Source of the DNA: a bacterium
GTDB taxonomy: Bacteria > UBA8248
Direction of reading: 5' to 3'
Assembly (NCBI GenBank): GCA_965219955.1
Contig: OZ244799.1
Span: forward strand, 3,040,001-3,104,000
Length of the DNA: 64,000 bases
Part shown: one piece after another, positions 18,197 to 28,581 of the stretch
Layout of the letters: every line of letters starts with the position of its first letter
Position numbering within the stretch: position 1 is the stretch's first letter
Notes under the pieces: model-generated
The model's database searches: none
Told to the model about the DNA's origin: nothing
The model's input: only the letters and a program-made list of their open reading frames with translations
Program-made: the position numbers and the translations under genes

Positions 18197-19417
18197 ATGC
18201 CGGGATTCGCGCGGGGCCAATTCAACGTCGACTATGAGGAACGCGTCGACATGGGCGCACTCCGCCGAAAGCGCGTGGAGAAGGCCCAAAAGGCGATGGC
18301 CGAGCAGGATATCGACGCCCTTTTCCTCTGGAAGGTGGAGAACGTGCGCTACCTCACGAGCATGCGCTCTTCATTCCTGGCGCATCGGGAAGGTACGAGA
18401 AACGCCGTCATCCTCCCCCGGGAGGGAAGAGCGCACGTCATGACCAACGGCGGGGAGATTCCCCGCGTCTCGCGCGACATGCCCTGGATAGAGAAATTCC
18501 ATCACCTGGCGAAGATGGAGGAGCAGCCCCTCGTGGACAAGATGATCCGCGAGACGCTGCGCCCCCTCTTCGAGGAGATGGGCCTCATCGGCAAGCGGGT
18601 GGGCCTGGATCTGATGACGTTCATCCAGTTCAGCGCCTACCAGAAGCATCTGGGCGACGTGGAGTTCGTGAACGGCGATTCGTTCATGCACAAGGTTCGC
18701 CGGCACAAGATGCCCGAGGAGGTCTACATGATCCGCGAGGCCTGCGCGATCGCCGACGCCGTCAATGAGGAGGCCATGGACAGCGTGCGGGCGGGAAAGC
18801 GCGAGTGCGACGTGGCGGCGGACGCGATGAAGGTGCTTCACCACTACGGGGGCGAAATGGCGCATCTGGTCTCCCCTTTCGTCGCCTCGGGCGAACACAT
18901 GTCGCCGCCCTACCGCTTCGCGAGCGACAAGATCATCCGCAGCGGCGACCTGGTGTTCATCGACATCGGCGCGCAGTGGAACGGATATTTCGGCGACGTG
19001 GCCCGGACGATGATCTGCGGAAAGCCCTCGAAACGGCAAAAGGAAATCTACACGGCCGTGCATGAATCCCTGGAGTTGGGACTCGAGCGCACCCGCCCCG
19101 GATTCACGAACAAGCAGGTGGCCGAGCGCATCTGGGAGACGGGCGAGAAATACGGCTTGAGGAAGAACTGGTTCTCACTCAGCATCGGCCACGCGGTGGG
19201 CACATCTCCCAACGAACCTCCCTACATCGGCGAGCCCGACCCGGACTCGGAAGAAGTGGACCTCGAGCCGGGCATGGTGTTCGCCATCGAGCCGCTCATC
19301 TGGGTGCCCGACGTGCCCGGAGGCGGCGGCGTGCGCATCGAGGAGACGGTGCTCATCACCGAAGAGGGGCACGAGGTGCTTACGCGCTCGCGCATGGACG
19401 ACCGCCTGCTTCTTTGA
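18197..19417 (+). CDS. M24 family (Xaa-Pro peptidase-like) hydrolase
   Basis: Metal ligands D-D-H-E-E present (IDIG, GDVAR, GHAVG, AIEP, RIEE). Confidence 0.88.
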   Translation: MPGFARGQFNVDYEERVDMGALRRKRVEKAQKAMAEQDIDALFLWKVENVRYLTSMRSSFLAHREGTRNAVILPREGRAHVMTNGGEIPRVSRDMPWIEKFHHLAKMEEQPLVDKMIRETLRPLFEEMGLIGKRVGLDLMTFIQFSAYQKHLGDVEFVNGDSFMHKVRRHKMPEEVYMIREACAIADAVNEEAMDSVRAGKRECDVAADAMKVLHHYGGEMAHLVSPFVASGEHMSPPYRFASDKIIRSGDLVFIDIGAQWNGYFGDVARTMICGKPSKRQKEIYTAVHESLELGLERTRPGFTNKQVAERIWETGEKYGLRKNWFSLSIGHAVGTSPNEPPYIGEPDPDSEEVDLEPGMVFAIEPLIWVPDVPGGGGVRIEETVLITEEGHEVLTRSRMDDRLLL

Positions 19418-19572
19418 GGCGCGTCGCCTCGCCCGAACCAATCACCTAAAAACTCCCGAACATTCAAAGCGGCGACTTGCCTGCAGCGACTCGCGATCCC
19501 GATTGAAGGCGAGTCGCACGGGGCGTAGAATGCCGCGCGTTGTTCTTATCCAAGTCATCGAGGAGGCTCGCG

Positions 19573-20673
19573 TTGACGCTTTTCGACAGGAACGAACTCG
19601 GTGTCGCCGTCGTGGGCGCCGGGCGCATCGGAACACACCGCTCGCGCCTCGCGGCGCAGCACCCTGCCGTGCGCTTTCTGGCCATCTCGGACGCCGAGCC
19701 CGAACGCGCCAAAGCGCTCGGCGAACGCGTGGGCGCGCAGGTGGCGTCCGACAGCAACGAGGAGGTCATCTCTCATCCCGACGTCGGCGCCGTCATCGTC
19801 TCGACTTCCGAGTTCGCCCACGTGGAGCCGGTGCTCCAGGCCTTGGAGCTCGGCAAGCCCGTGCTGGTGGAAAAGCCCATCGCCATGACGCTCGAGGACG
19901 CCGACCGCCTGCTCACCACGGCGGAGAAATACGATACCGACCTCCGCGTGGGCTACATCATGCGCTACAAGCGGCGCTATTTCCTGGGGAAAGAACAAAT
20001 CAAGGAGGGCCGACTCGGGAGGCTCATCGGTGCTACGGGCCGCGTATTCAACACCAGGGCGCAGGCGTTCGAGATACTCAAGCGCTCGGCGGACGCCACG
20101 CCCGTACTCGACGTTCTCACCTACTGGGTCGACATGATGTGCTGGTTCATGGAGGGCAACCCGCCCGTCGAAGTGATCTGCCGGGGAGGCGGCTTCGTCT
20201 TCAAGGAGGCGGGCTACCCGAAGGTGGACGACGTGAGCTGGACGATCATGACCTTCGCCGACGGCGCGACCGTGAACCTGGGGATATGCTACGCCCTGCC
20301 CGCGAAGTACCCCACCGCCGGGCAGAGCATCCGTCTGGAAGTCATCGGCACGGACGGCGTGATGCTCTTCGACGAAGACCACAAGGAGAACATCCTCTAC
20401 ACCGAGAAGGGTTATCCGCACGCCTACGTTCCCGACCACAACCTGCCGATGGTCTTTCTCGGCAGCACGTCTTCGGGCGACTGGGCGCTCGATACCATGT
20501 ACGGCCCCATCGGCGATGAGACCAGAAGCTGGCTGGATCACCTCTCCACGGGGCGGCCCTGCCATCTCGCCACGGCGGAGGACGCGCGCCAGACCCTGGA
20601 AGTGACCATCGCCATGGAGGAATCGGCGCGCACCGGTGACGCCGTGAAGCTCCCCCTGGGTGAGGGACACTAG
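19573..20673 (+). CDS. Gfo/Idh/MocA family oxidoreductase
   Basis: VGAGRIG, VLVEKP; TTG start after GAGGAGG. Confidence 0.88.
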   Translation: MTLFDRNELGVAVVGAGRIGTHRSRLAAQHPAVRFLAISDAEPERAKALGERVGAQVASDSNEEVISHPDVGAVIVSTSEFAHVEPVLQALELGKPVLVEKPIAMTLEDADRLLTTAEKYDTDLRVGYIMRYKRRYFLGKEQIKEGRLGRLIGATGRVFNTRAQAFEILKRSADATPVLDVLTYWVDMMCWFMEGNPPVEVICRGGGFVFKEAGYPKVDDVSWTIMTFADGATVNLGICYALPAKYPTAGQSIRLEVIGTDGVMLFDEDHKENILYTEKGYPHAYVPDHNLPMVFLGSTSSGDWALDTMYGPIGDETRSWLDHLSTGRPCHLATAEDARQTLEVTIAMEESARTGDAVKLPLGEGH

Positions 20674-20802
20674 GGAATTATGCTTTTATTCTTGAATAAA
20701 CGGCGCGCGCCGTGTCATATCTGTATGCAGGCGGCGAGACCGGCGCCCCCTGGACGAGGTGAAGCGAAGGCGCAAAATTTTCTCCGGTGAACGGGCCTTG
20801 GA

Positions 20803-22329
20803 ATGAACCAGGAAAATCCTTTTCACGCAAGAACAAGCGGCGTCCTGCTGCACCCCACCTCGCTGCCGGGCGATGCCGCCTTCGGTGATCTGGGCGGCAA
20901 AGCGTTCGAGTTCGTCGATCAGCTCGCGTCCTCCGGCCAGAGCTGGTGGCAGATGCTGCCCGTATGCCCCACCGACGAGACGGGCTCCCCTTATGTCTCC
21001 TCATCCACGTTCGCGGGAAACCCCCTGCTGATATCGCTCGAAAGACTCGCCGGAGAAGGCCTCCTCTCTCCGGAAGATTTGGAGAACCATCGCCTGCCCG
21101 ACGATGGAGATATCGAGCCTGCCCAGGCGCTCGAAGTACACGAATCACTGCTCGCAAAAGCGTTCGAGACCTTCTCGAACGACGGCGGGGCGCGCGACGC
21201 GGCGTTTACGGCGTTTTGCGAGGCGCAAGCCGGCTGGCTGGCCGACTACGCGAGGTTCCGGGCGCTAAAACGCGCTTTCGGCGGTGCTCCCTGGTGGGAG
21301 TGGCCCGAGGATGCGAGGCATAAAAACCCCGATGACACCGACTTTGATAAAAACATACGCTATGCGCATTTCGAGCAATTCCTCTTCGACCGCCAGTGGC
21401 GCGCGCTCAAGGACTACGCCGCAGGCATTGGGGTCGGCTTCATCGGCGACGTCCCCATCTACGTCGCCCACGATTCGGCGGACGTATGGGCGAGGACGCA
21501 CCTGTTCGAACTCGACGAATCGCGCCGGCCGAGCGCCTATGCGGGCGCGCCGCCCGATTACTTCAACGAGGATGGCCAGCACTGGGGGAATCCCCTCTAC
21601 GACTGGGCCGCGCACTTTGATGAGAATTTCGCCTGGTGGAAGATGCGCATGGCCGTGAACGTCGCCCGCTTCGACGCCTTGCGCCTCGATCATTTCATCG
21701 GCTTCGCGCGCTTCTGGGCGATCCCGGCAGGTGCTGAATCTCCCAAAGACGGCGCCTGGCGCGAGGGGCCGGGAGAAGCCTTTTTCAGCGCCATGGAGGA
21801 GGAATTGGGCGCGCTGCCGCTCATCGCGGAGGACCTGGGTTCGGTGGGAGACGACGTCCACGCCCTGCGGGATCGCTTCGGCCTGCCCGGCATGCGCGTG
21901 TTGCAGTTCGCCTTCGACGGCAGCCCGGACAACCCCCATCTCCCCCACAACATTCCCGAGAACACGGTCGTTTACACCGGCACGCACGACAACGATACGG
22001 CTCTCGGCTGGTTCCACGGCGCGGACCCGATTCTCCGCAACGAAACGCCCGCCGGTTTCGCCATCTCGCGCGCCACGGCGCTCAGGACCTTCGGGGGAGA
22101 GCCCGAGGACATCAACTGGTCGATGATCCGCGCGGCGATGAAATCACGGGCCGCGCTCGCCGTCATCCCCGCCCAGGACGTGCTCGGTCTCGGCAACGAG
22201 GGCCGAATGAACCGCCCCGGCGTCCCGCAGGGCAACTGGGTCTGGCGGATGCAGGCGGGCGCATGGAACGGGGAAATCCAGGAAAGACTTCTGGGTCTCA
22301 CGCAGCGCAGCGGCCGGGCGCCGGAGTGA
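20803..22329 (+). CDS. malQ: 4-alpha-glucanotransferase (amylomaltase, GH77)
   Basis: GVLLHPTSLPG, GQHWGNPLY, RLDHF, IAEDLG, YTGTHDNDT. Confidence 0.95.
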   Translation: MNQENPFHARTSGVLLHPTSLPGDAAFGDLGGKAFEFVDQLASSGQSWWQMLPVCPTDETGSPYVSSSTFAGNPLLISLERLAGEGLLSPEDLENHRLPDDGDIEPAQALEVHESLLAKAFETFSNDGGARDAAFTAFCEAQAGWLADYARFRALKRAFGGAPWWEWPEDARHKNPDDTDFDKNIRYAHFEQFLFDRQWRALKDYAAGIGVGFIGDVPIYVAHDSADVWARTHLFELDESRRPSAYAGAPPDYFNEDGQHWGNPLYDWAAHFDENFAWWKMRMAVNVARFDALRLDHFIGFARFWAIPAGAESPKDGAWREGPGEAFFSAMEEELGALPLIAEDLGSVGDDVHALRDRFGLPGMRVLQFAFDGSPDNPHLPHNIPENTVVYTGTHDNDTALGWFHGADPILRNETPAGFAISRATALRTFGGEPEDINWSMIRAAMKSRAALAVIPAQDVLGLGNEGRMNRPGVPQGNWVWRMQAGAWNGEIQERLLGLTQRSGRAPE

Positions 22330-22407
22330 GGACGATCCGGCGCGCTATTTGATTCGAATGGCTGAGAGAAGAAAGTTTTGCGTGGCGCAAAAACGAGCGC
22401 GCATCAT

Positions 22408-22947
22408 TCACGACTCCGACAATGCGCTTCTTAACCGAGCAACGAACGCAACGGCCTCCTGTGCCTCGTCAAAGCTGATATGCGGTTTTCGCTCGACGAT
22501 TTCAGCCGCCATCGCATTGGGGGTTATCTCCTTTTTCTCTTTCGAGACATAATACGCCGTGGCGTATCTCTCCAAGGCTGCTACGCCCATGTCAGCGAAT
22601 TTGTCCGCGCTCGCCTGCACTTCTTTTGCGTATTTTTGTATTGGTTCGGGATAGGCTTTTTTCAAGACTTCCGCGTTTTCGGCGGGCACCAGTTTCGGCC
22701 CATAGGGACGCCGTTGCGGCTGCAATTTGAGAACATCATTCGCCCGCATCCAGGATATCTCGTCGCTCAAATCAAAGGAAAAGGGTCCATGTTTGTAAAG
22801 AATAAAATCGAGATCCAGCGGGACGCCCCATAAATCCTGCAAGAAATAGGTGCTTTTTTGAACGTGCGTCTCCCCGCACCAACTGTGGCCGTCCCGTAGC
22901 TTCTCGATCAAGGACAACAAGACGGCGGCCCTCTCGAATCGCTCCAT
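22408..22947 (-). CDS. YwgA/SocA(DUF4065)-like protein partnered with the HD hydrolase
   Basis: QKSTYFL...YKHGPFSFDL motif; starts 5 nt after the HD gene; lower GC than flanks. Confidence 0.6.
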   Translation of the reverse strand: MERFERAAVLLSLIEKLRDGHSWCGETHVQKSTYFLQDLWGVPLDLDFILYKHGPFSFDLSDEISWMRANDVLKLQPQRRPYGPKLVPAENAEVLKKAYPEPIQKYAKEVQASADKFADMGVAALERYATAYYVSKEKKEITPNAMAAEIVERKPHISFDEAQEAVAFVARLRSALSES

Positions 22948-22952
22948 GTCTC

Positions 22953-24278
22953 CTATCCCCCCTCGGCGGATGAAAGGATTTCCTCTCTATTTTTTCTGAG
23001 CCAGTCACTGGCTCGATTCCTAATTTCGGATGAAACGAAAACATGATCGCAAGAAGCCGGGGGAACCCTCGAAAACGTTTCTTTCTCGCTTGCTGCTTCC
23101 GCGATTCTCCTTCCCTGAACGAGAACCGGAAAATTATTCTCGTCATTCTCCTGATTTGCTTGAACATGCTTTACATGTTTCTCGCCAAATTCCCTAGATG
23201 CAGCTTCATATATTTTCCTGCCCGGTTTCAAGACCGAAAGTTTTCTGTCTTCGGCAGTCGGCCTATAGATACTTTTGAAATGCCGTCGATGAACTATGCG
23301 GTCAGCATGCAAATGGGCGGGATGCGACTCGTCTCCGGCGATAGATAACATGGCGGATATTACTTCATTGTCCGTATGTTTCAAATGCCCGGCGCAATCC
23401 GTTGGGAACATCCCCCCATCCAACCACGATTTCAAGAAATCCGACAAATGCTCATCATAAATGAGGCGTACTGGGTGAAAATATATTTGCGAGAACATGA
23501 AATATCGCGCAAGCAGCAATGCCTCGGCGGATTCCAGGCCGCCTTCTTCGACACCCAGAACCGGTTCCTGAGAACCACCCGTTTCTTGTTTCGGCAAAAT
23601 TCTCATTGTGTCAATCAGGCGGTAATGATCAAATTTCCCGTAAGCAACGCCCGCGTGATACGAATCACGCAGCAGATAATCCATCCTGTCGGCCCCGAAA
23701 ACATCCCCCGTGATAATTTCCGATAAAATGCTCTCCCATTCATCGAGATCAACATTCATATAATCTTTCGATTTTTGGGGTCCAATCGCTAATTTGGCGA
23801 CATTCTGCGGCTGCACATCTATTTCTTTCCAAACATTCTCCATCCCCTCGCTCAAAATCATTTCCATCGTTATGCGCTCATGATCCCAACCCTGCGGCAA
23901 CAATTCTTCCGACGCATGGGAAAACGGCAGATGGCCCAGGTCATGGCATAGCGCTGCGAGCCTCAATGTTCTTCGCCATTTCAGATGATCGAGGTCCCTA
24001 TACTTTGGAATAATATTTCTGACGGAAGCGGATTCCTGATAAACATTTTCCGGCTCCGTCACGACATCATATATTTTGCTCGCGAGTTCCATCACGCCGA
24101 GTGAATGCTCGAACCTCTTGTGAGTTGCGCCCGGGTAGACGAGATAGCTTAAAGCCAGTTGGTGGATATGGCGCAATCGCTGAAAGGGAGGAGAATCAAG
24201 AACTTTCCGCTCATCAGAATCCAGTCTGATAAATACATGGATGGGATCTCGTATTTCGTGTGTTCTTTTTCTCACCAT
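22953..24278 (-). CDS. HD-domain phosphohydrolase, SAMHD1/dNTP triphosphohydrolase-like
   Basis: RDPIH, FQRLRHIHQL, YPGATHKRFEHSLG, HDLGHLPFSH, ADRMDYLLRD. Confidence 0.9.
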   Translation of the reverse strand: MVRKRTHEIRDPIHVFIRLDSDERKVLDSPPFQRLRHIHQLALSYLVYPGATHKRFEHSLGVMELASKIYDVVTEPENVYQESASVRNIIPKYRDLDHLKWRRTLRLAALCHDLGHLPFSHASEELLPQGWDHERITMEMILSEGMENVWKEIDVQPQNVAKLAIGPQKSKDYMNVDLDEWESILSEIITGDVFGADRMDYLLRDSYHAGVAYGKFDHYRLIDTMRILPKQETGGSQEPVLGVEEGGLESAEALLLARYFMFSQIYFHPVRLIYDEHLSDFLKSWLDGGMFPTDCAGHLKHTDNEVISAMLSIAGDESHPAHLHADRIVHRRHFKSIYRPTAEDRKLSVLKPGRKIYEAASREFGEKHVKHVQANQENDENNFPVLVQGRRIAEAASEKETFSRVPPASCDHVFVSSEIRNRASDWLRKNREEILSSAEGG

Positions 24279-24424
24279 AGAAGAAGTATATCATATTTTC
24301 GTATAATTATCGCCATAAAAATTACGAATATTGAATTTGGTCAGTCGATAAAATGAATACACAAACGACATAGCGCGGGTAGAGCCAGCATAAAATATAT
24401 TCTTGACGGAAAATAAACTCCCCC

Positions 24425-24952
24425 TCACGTAACGGGCGGAATCTCGAAAGCGTTGAGCGTCAGGGAGATGGCCGAGTAAAAGCCCACGAGGGCGGTCAAG
24501 TCGACCACGCCCTTCTCGCCGAGCAGGGAAAACGCCTCCTGATAGGCGGCGTCCGACGCCTTTTTGGTTTCGAGCAATTCGGTGCAGTACCTGTGAACGC
24601 ATAGTTCGAGGTCTGTGCCTTCGGTAGGCGCCTCCCCCGCCATGACGGCGGCCACGAGGGCGGGCGTAAGACCGCTGTCCAGGGCCTGCGCCTCGTGCGC
24701 GGAATAGGCGTAGGTCGCCCCCCAGTGGCGCGTGGTGATGATGATGGCGAGCTCGCGGATGTCCTCGGTGATGACGCTTTCCTCGTAATAAAACTTCATG
24801 AGATTGCGCAGGGCGATGACGAGGCCGGGGCTGCGCACCCAGACGCCGAATGGCCCGCGCACGCCGCCGCGCTGGTTGGCGATGAGTTCCTCATAGGCAT
24901 CACGTTGACGGGGCGGCATGTTCTCGGGTTCAAGCGGTGCGAGTCGGCTCAT
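24425..24952 (-). CDS. Carboxymuconolactone decarboxylase (CMD/AhpD-like) family protein
   Basis: GPFGVWVRSP, RELAII, YSAH, VVDLTALVGFY; no CxxC. Confidence 0.8.
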   Translation of the reverse strand: MSRLAPLEPENMPPRQRDAYEELIANQRGGVRGPFGVWVRSPGLVIALRNLMKFYYEESVITEDIRELAIIITTRHWGATYAYSAHEAQALDSGLTPALVAAVMAGEAPTEGTDLELCVHRYCTELLETKKASDAAYQEAFSLLGEKGVVDLTALVGFYSAISLTLNAFEIPPVT

Positions 24953-25038
24953 CGGCGGTTCTCCTCTCGGGGTCGTTCATCCGGAAATTTGCTACAATGG
25001 CGAAAACATTCTCTTCTCTCATCCTAGCGAGGTATCGC

Positions 25039-25464
25039 ATGAACTTCGAAGATGCAAGGCCGTTTATGGAGAAAAACCACAAGGGGATGGTCACGAGCTT
25101 GAGGCCGGACGGCACGGCGCAATCGAGCATCATCGTCTGCGGGGCGTATGAGGATTGCGCCGCTTTCGTCATCGTGCGCGGCTGGTCGGTGAAACTCAGG
25201 AACCTGCGCAAGAACCCGCAGTGCACGGTGCTCTACGTCACCCCCGACTGGCGCACCTGGGTGAGCGTGGAGGGGGTGGCCAGGCTCTTCGACTACGAGA
25301 ACACCGAAAAAGAGGAAATGCGCGTGATGTTCCGCGAGGTGTTCCGCGCCTGCGGGGATTCGGACCACCCCGACTGGGAGGAATACGACCAGGCGATGGT
25401 GGACCAGGGCGCGGTCGCCGTGCTGGTTAAGCCCGAGCGCGTCTACGGCCGCCTGCCGGCTTAA
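25039..25464 (+). CDS. PPOX-class (pyridoxamine 5'-phosphate oxidase-like, putatively F420-binding) oxidoreductase
   Basis: SLRPDGTAQSS, KLRNLRKNP, VEGVA, HPDWEEYDQAMV motifs. Confidence 0.8.
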   Translation: MNFEDARPFMEKNHKGMVTSLRPDGTAQSSIIVCGAYEDCAAFVIVRGWSVKLRNLRKNPQCTVLYVTPDWRTWVSVEGVARLFDYENTEKEEMRVMFREVFRACGDSDHPDWEEYDQAMVDQGAVAVLVKPERVYGRLPA

Positions 25465-25727
25465 GTTTCGAGCGATTCCACAAAGGCGGCGATTCCCTCC
25501 TCGAGCGCGAAGCTGTGCCGCCAGCCTGTTTCTCGCTTAAACGCTCTCGCGTCGAGTTCGGGTTCGGCCAGGCTGTACGTCACGATCGACTGGGCCGCCA
25601 GATGGTGGATGACGTCGGGGCGCGCCTCTTCCACCAGGCGGACTACCTCGAAGACACGGTGGCCTTCGAGGCCGCAGGCCCCATCCGCCTGGATAATTTC
25701 GCGGGCTACCTCCACGAGGATACGCAT
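25461..25727 (-). pseudogene. Internally deleted NAD-dependent epimerase/dehydratase remnant
   Basis: 88 aa containing MRILV, RPDVIHHLAAQS and ETGW..ALEEGI but no GxxGxxG or YxxxK. Confidence 0.55.
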
Positions 25728-25789
25728 TTCATCGACCAGCGGTATCTGGCGGAGGACATGGAGCGAGAGCAGGCCGGGTAGGGGGTTCC

Positions 25790-26242
25790 GTAGGGAGAGG
25801 CCCCTGTGCCTGTCCGGGGTCGCGACCTGTCCCTACAGCTGAACCCCGGAATGACGATCAAACGTCGCACCCACCGTAGGGGCGGTTCGCGAACCGCCCT
25901 TGGTGGAGGAACGGGCGCTTCACGAAGCGCCCCTACACTCCCTTTGTCAAGGGAATACCCCCCCTACCCCCCTTTGTCAGGGGGGGTAAAAACCCTCGCT
26001 TCGCATGGGATTGACCTTCGCCTTTGTTCGCCATTCCGGCAATCAATGCCGACCGAGGAGGGAGGGATTGCCCGGAATCCAGGGGCTTTGTTTTTGAATT
26101 TGCCTTTTCGCTTTATCGTTTTTCTTGCTCTTCCTGCGATTCGGTATCCCTGTCTGCTCTGGATTCCGGCATGCGCCGGAATGACGGTAGACAATCTCGA
26201 TTGGGGTCAGGAGCCCCTTAGGGGACTTTTTCAACAACCCCC
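25790..26242. repeat. Composite repeat patch (REP doublets, GC hairpin, TGGATTCCGG..CCGGAATGAC palindrome, IS-end-like motif)
   Basis: GTAG..CTAC units at 25790-25836 and 25876-25936; CCCCCTTTGTCAGGGGGG at ~25967-25986; palindrome at 26160-26185; GACTTTTTCAACAACCCC at ~26224-26241. Confidence 0.75.
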
Positions 26243-26419
26243 TGGGAGTGAATTTGACCAATCCTGCGAGAGAGGAATCATTTCAAGCGGAAGAATGCTC
26301 GACGGAATACGAGCGTGAAACTCCAAGTCGCCCCGCTCGTTTTGCCGGAACCGCCCGCTCCTGATAGCCTTGGGCGCAAGTTCCAGGGCAAACGAGTTCG
26401 TTGTAAGGAGAAATCCGGT

Positions 26420-27412
26420 TTGGGCAGATACCTCGTCACGGGCGCTGCGGGCTTCATCGGCTCCAGGGTGTGCGAATTCCTGTTGGATGAGAAGCACGCC
26501 GTCGTGGGGGTCGACGACATGAACGACGCCTACGACACGCGGCTGAAAGACTACCGGCTCGCGCGTCTCAAGGCGCGGCCCGGTTTCGTCTTTCATGAAG
26601 CCGACATCACTCGCGCCGACCCCTTGCGCGCGCTGTTCGCGGAAAACGCCGGAGGCGGCGCGCCGCCTTTCGACGCCGCCCTGAACCTGGCCGCGCGCGC
26701 GGGCATAAGGCAGTCCATCGAAGACCCCGGGGCGTATTTCGAGACCAACGTTACCGGCGCGCTGAACCTCCTGGAGCTCTGCAAGGATTTCGGCGTCATG
26801 AAATTCGTACTCGCCTCCACCTCGAGCGCCTACGGGGCGGATGCGCCCGCTCCATTCCGGGAAGACGCCCCGAGCGACAGGCCGCTATCGCCCTACGCGG
26901 CTTCCAAGAAAGCGGCCGAGGCGCTCTGTTACACCTACCACCATCTATACGGGATCGACGTGAGCGTGCTGCGCTATTTCACCGTCTACGGTCCGGCGGG
27001 ACGGCCCGACATGAGCCTTTTCCGCTTCACGCAGTGGATAGCGGAGGGAAAGCCCGTGCTCGTGTATGGAGACGGAACGCAGTCGCGCGATTTCACCTAC
27101 GTGGACGACATCGCCCGCGGCACGATCGCAGCCATCAAGCCGCTCTCTTATGAGATCATCAACCTGGGCTCGGACGAACCCGTCGTCTTAAGCGACGCCA
27201 TCGCCCGCATCGAAGCCCTCACGGAGAAGAAGGCCCGGATACGCCATGAGGAGAGCAACCCCGCCGACGTAAAAGCCACGTGGGCGAACATCGGCAAGGC
27301 GGAGAGACTCCTGGGCTGGCGGCCGCAGGTGAGGCTCGCAGAGGGCCTCGCGCATCTGGTCGAGTGGTACAACGCCAACCGCGATTGGGCGAAAGATATT
27401 CGAACCGACTAG
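26420..27412 (+). CDS. NAD-dependent epimerase/dehydratase (UDP-glucuronate 4-epimerase-like)
   Basis: VTGAAGFIG, YAASK, LRYFTVYGP.GRPDM, RDFTYVDD; TTG start after AAGGAG. Confidence 0.88.
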   Translation: MGRYLVTGAAGFIGSRVCEFLLDEKHAVVGVDDMNDAYDTRLKDYRLARLKARPGFVFHEADITRADPLRALFAENAGGGAPPFDAALNLAARAGIRQSIEDPGAYFETNVTGALNLLELCKDFGVMKFVLASTSSAYGADAPAPFREDAPSDRPLSPYAASKKAAEALCYTYHHLYGIDVSVLRYFTVYGPAGRPDMSLFRFTQWIAEGKPVLVYGDGTQSRDFTYVDDIARGTIAAIKPLSYEIINLGSDEPVVLSDAIARIEALTEKKARIRHEESNPADVKATWANIGKAERLLGWRPQVRLAEGLAHLVEWYNANRDWAKDIRTD

Positions 27413-27520
27413 CAAAGCCCGTGCGCTGCGACGATTTCCCCTCCCTGTGCGTTCCCCCACAAGGGCGCGATATACTAAACTGGCCGGAAAACTTTTACTC
27501 CATTTGCGGCGGGAGAAGAC

Positions 27521-28561
27521 ATGAAGGCAATGGTATTGGCGGAACCGGGCGCGCCCTTCGTCCTGGAGGAACGGCCCATCCCCGAAGCGGGGCCGGGCGA
27601 GGCCGTGGCGCGCGTGCTGGCCTGCGGCTCGGGGCTTACGATCGAACACACGCGCGCGGGGCGCATGGGCGGGAATTTCCCGCTCGTGATAGGCCACGAA
27701 ATCACCGCAGAGATCACGCAGGTGGGCGCGGGCGTGGAGGAGCTGCGGGAAGGCGCGCCCGTGACGGCGTATTACTATTTCACCTGCGGACACTGCCGCT
27801 GGTGCCGCATCAACCGCGAGACGCTGTGCGAGAATCTCGCAGGCCAGGTCGGCCGCCAGATGGACGGCGGCTACGCCGAGTACATCAAGCTGCCCGCCCG
27901 GAACTTCATCCCCCTGCCCGAGGAGCTGGACTACAAGGCGCACCCCGCCGAGGTGAGCGTCATCTGCGACGCCCTGGCCACGCCGTACAAGGTGATCGGC
28001 CACGCGGGAATCCGCCCGATGGAGAACGTGGCCGTGGTGGGCGCGGGCGGCGGCGTGGGAATCCACATGGTGATGATGGCCCGCTGGGCGGGCGCGCGCG
28101 TCATCGCCGTCGACATCGCGGCCGACAAGCTGGGCAAATGCCGCGACATGGGCGCGCACGATACGGTGGATGCGTCCCGGGAAAACCTGGGCGAAGCGTT
28201 CCGGGATTTGACCGGTGGCGCGGGCGCCGATGTCGTCGTCGATTTCGTCTGCACCGCCGAGGGGGTCGAGGGCGGACTGCGCGGACTGGGCAAGGGGGGC
28301 CGCTTCCTCGCCATGGGGGCGAACCGGATAGAGCGGTTCCCCTTCTCTCCGCGCGAGTTGCTCCGCGAGGAGCAGCAGATCATGGGCAGCCGCTACGCCA
28401 CCAAGCAGGACGTGGTCGACTCGCTCGAACTCGCGGCGCGCGGCGAGGTCTGGCCATTGGTGAGCGAAACCTACCCGCTCGAAGAAGCCAATCTCGTGCA
28501 TGAGCGCTTGAAAGAAGGCCTGGTTACCGGGCGCGCCGCCCTGGTGATGTCCCAGGAATAG
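27521..28561 (+). CDS. Zinc-dependent alcohol dehydrogenase (MDR family)
   Basis: GHE, CGHCRWC..C structural Zn motif, GAGGGVG. Confidence 0.88.
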   Translation: MKAMVLAEPGAPFVLEERPIPEAGPGEAVARVLACGSGLTIEHTRAGRMGGNFPLVIGHEITAEITQVGAGVEELREGAPVTAYYYFTCGHCRWCRINRETLCENLAGQVGRQMDGGYAEYIKLPARNFIPLPEELDYKAHPAEVSVICDALATPYKVIGHAGIRPMENVAVVGAGGGVGIHMVMMARWAGARVIAVDIAADKLGKCRDMGAHDTVDASRENLGEAFRDLTGGAGADVVVDFVCTAEGVEGGLRGLGKGGRFLAMGANRIERFPFSPRELLREEQQIMGSRYATKQDVVDSLELAARGEVWPLVSETYPLEEANLVHERLKEGLVTGRAALVMSQE

Positions 28562-28581
28562 AAGACGCTTTCAGGTCCTTC

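Noticed and set aside
25790-26242. Possible CRISPR array
   Set aside because: Repeats are inverted, heterogeneous and irregularly spaced; no cas genes
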